64,000 bases of DNA from a virus (taxonomy: Duplodnaviria; Caudoviricetes): the IMG/VR virus record IMGVR_UViG_3300028588_000015, positions 128,001 through 192,000 of that record; one strand, written 5' to 3'. The notes beneath the pieces are model-generated. The model was not told the origin of the DNA. It searched no databases and saw nothing but the letters and a program-made list of their open reading frames with translations. The position numbers and the translations under genes were made by a program. Shown here in pieces: positions 61,991 to 64,000 of the stretch (within the stretch, counting starts at the first letter, position 1; every line of letters begins with the position of its first letter).

Positions 61991-64000
61991 CTACCGTGTG
62001 ACACCTTTGTAGAACATCGACAACATGCGCGCAGGCGGCGCATCGCCAATGAAGCTGGCAAAGTGTGTCGCACTGAAAAACGAATCCAGATTCTTCATAC
62101 TGCGGGTAAGGTTCAGTTTGAACTTACGCCACGAATAGATTTGGTCCGGCAAGCTTTGACTGGCGAGCACAGCGCAGTAATCACTGAACATGGTATCGTC
62201 CGAGAACGCACCCTTCCAAGCCGCAATGGCGGCCACACCTGCGTCGACTACCGCACCAGCAGCACCAAAGACCGCAGCACCGGTGGCGCCGCCCGCTGCG
62301 GCGCCCGCACCAGCACCTGCCACACCACCTGCCACAGTTCCCACAGGACCGATCACCGAGCCAGCACTACCTCCGACAACGCCACCAGCTACACCTCCTA
62401 CGACGCCACCCGATACTGCACCAAACGTGGCACCGGCAGCTGCACCTGTCCAAGTCATGCCTTCAGAAATCGGCATGGCCATGATGGACGAGAGGTCGGT
62501 CACCGTGATGGTCACGTCAATACCCATTGGCACACCGTTTGAATCGAAACCCAAATTGCCTTCACCACGCGAGACTGTCAGATTGGTGATCATTGCCAAT
62601 CGCGACTGACAGCGACCTTGGTCATAGAACTCACAGATGAAGGGACTTGTGTACGAGTGCTTGCCAGTAGACAACGGCAAAGCGCCTGCCAGCAACATAC
62701 AGAGCGGTGCGTAGATATTGACAAGACGCGAGATGGGATTGTTGGTCCAACTGCGCAGTGGGATCGTGTATGACATCTGCGGCATGTCCGCCGTCGAACT
62801 CGTCCAGTGTTTCGGAATATCGACAAAGGCCGCGCCACCCAGTGCTGCCAAACCAGATGCCCCTACACCTGCTGCGATACCACTGGCGGCGTCTTTAACC
62901 ACATTGGCAATACTACCCAACACATCCCCCACCACCCCACCCACGATATTGCCGTTGGCGATTGAGAAGTTGGTTGAACGCGAAGAACTTGACATGCTGT
63001 TAATTTGGTTTTGCAAATCCGATTCCGCCACTTGGCTGGAAAAGGTTTCACTGACTGCGCCGGTGGAATTGACCGAGAATGTCGCAAACGCGCCGCCATC
63101 GTTCAGTTCCGTTTGCAACAGTTCGAGCCAGTTGGCAGTCTTGTCTGCGCTGTTGTTAGCGCTTTCGGTATTGACATCGGTTTTACCGTCTGCCGTTTTG
63201 GGTTGCGATACCAAGGCGCCAAACCACTTTTGCATGTACGCCTTAAACCCAACCGGTTTATCGTCGAGCTTGACATTTTGCAGTTCGATCACCCGATCAC
63301 GCAGCTCCCCAAGATCGTCGCGGTCGAAGATCGACTGCACGGCAGCACGACGTCGTTGCGCCAGACGCTGCGCACGGGTGGCCATCGCGAAGACATCGAT
63401 ACCGCCGCCCGGGGCAAAGATACTTGGCATCTTGTCCGAGATCGCCTTCAAGCCGTCTTTGTCGAACTCATACTTTTCGCCAAAGCGCTTGTTGCCATCA
63501 TCTTCACCGAAAATACGCGGCACCACACCCATGTTGACTGCGATCTGGTTCAGCATGGTTTGCACCGCATTCCAATATAGCGGCATGGTCGGCTTCAAGT
63601 AGTAAAACTTGGTGGACGGCTTTTGTAAGAAGAAACGCAAGCCGTTACCAACTACGTTTGCCACAAGAAGCGGCCAATACACAATACTGGCTACAAAGCC
63701 TGCGGCCAAGCCAAGCGTGTAGAAGAAGTTCTTGGCGCGACCGGTACGTGCCAGTTGACCTGCTTCGGCATTGTAAAAGCCGGTGAAGAAAGTTGAGAGC
63801 GCGTTGAATTCCGGGACTCCAAAACGAAAACTCACCCGCTGCGCGTTGTTGTTAATCGCTTCCCCGTAATACCGCCCCATGCCCTTACTGCCCGGGAACA
63901 TGGAATAGATTTCCGTGGAGTCCCCATGCTCATCCATCAGGGTGGCCTTAGGGTCAGCAAACCGGGTGAACTGGGGTGGCGGGTTGATCGACAAATTACC
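61991..64000 (-). CDS. Virion structural protein (phiKZ gp27-like), 5' end outside the window
   Basis: NPPPQFTRFADP; GMGRYYGEAI; VSFRFGVPEFN; LAGALPLSTG...YTSPF; frame stays open to the window edge. Confidence 0.8.
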   Translation of the reverse strand, partial: GNLSINPPPQFTRFADPKATLMDEHGDSTEIYSMFPGSKGMGRYYGEAINNNAQRVSFRFGVPEFNALSTFFTGFYNAEAGQLARTGRAKNFFYTLGLAAGFVASIVYWPLLVANVVGNGLRFFLQKPSTKFYYLKPTMPLYWNAVQTMLNQIAVNMGVVPRIFGEDDGNKRFGEKYEFDKDGLKAISDKMPSIFAPGGGIDVFAMATRAQRLAQRRRAAVQSIFDRDDLGELRDRVIELQNVKLDDKPVGFKAYMQKWFGALVSQPKTADGKTDVNTESANNSADKTANWLELLQTELNDGGAFATFSVNSTGAVSETFSSQVAESDLQNQINSMSSSSRSTNFSIANGNIVGGVVGDVLGSIANVVKDAASGIAAGVGASGLAALGGAAFVDIPKHWTSSTADMPQMSYTIPLRSWTNNPISRLVNIYAPLCMLLAGALPLSTGKHSYTSPFICEFYDQGRCQSRLAMITNLTVSRGEGNLGFDSNGVPMGIDVTITVTDLSSIMAMPISEGMTWTGAAAGATFGAVSGGVVGGVAGGVVGGSAGSVIGPVGTVAGGVAGAGAGAAAGGATGAAVFGAAGAVVDAGVAAIAAWKGAFSDDTMFSDYCAVLASQSLPDQIYSWRKFKLNLTRSMKNLDSFFSATHFASFIGDAPPARMLSMFYKGVTR

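Noticed and set aside
1-64000. tRNA, rRNA, self-splicing introns or homing endonucleases
   Set aside because: No cloverleaf, HNH/GIY-YIG/LAGLIDADG motif or interrupted core gene seen by eye; tRNAscan-SE and Infernal would be needed to exclude them fully

Overview
This window is 64 kb of a phiKZ-like jumbo phage genome (Chimalliviridae-type gene content and order, standard genetic code, dense coding). I assigned the core genes by motif recognition and recalled synteny with phiKZ; no database search was run. They are a divergent DnaB helicase, major capsid protein (MCP), two split-RNA-polymerase beta subunits (gp123-like non-virion, gp149-like virion), portal, RuvC, tail fibre paralogs, baseplate spike, SbcC/Rad50 ATPase, RNase H and UvsX/RecA. 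Accessory islands at about 0.6-2.7, 14.6-20.3, 29.3-33.2 and 58.4-60.3 kb are largely tandem arrays of small paralogs. The strongest signals are four. (1) A 1140-aa fibre carries nine two-cysteine repeats and a C-terminal intein-like Hint domain that cannot splice. (2) A heptamer, TATGCCG, follows the 3' hairpin of nearly every transcription unit (14 exact copies seen). (3) GNAT and CYTH enzymes have short leaders ending in ALE, suggesting capsid packaging and ejection. (4) There are ADP-ribosyltransferase-like and NADAR-like candidates, and two spanin-like gene pairs plus a separate signal-peptide transglycosylase cassette. I saw no tRNA, rRNA, CRISPR array, intron, chimallin or PhuZ in this window. 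The phiKZ gp numbers are from memory and need confirmation.
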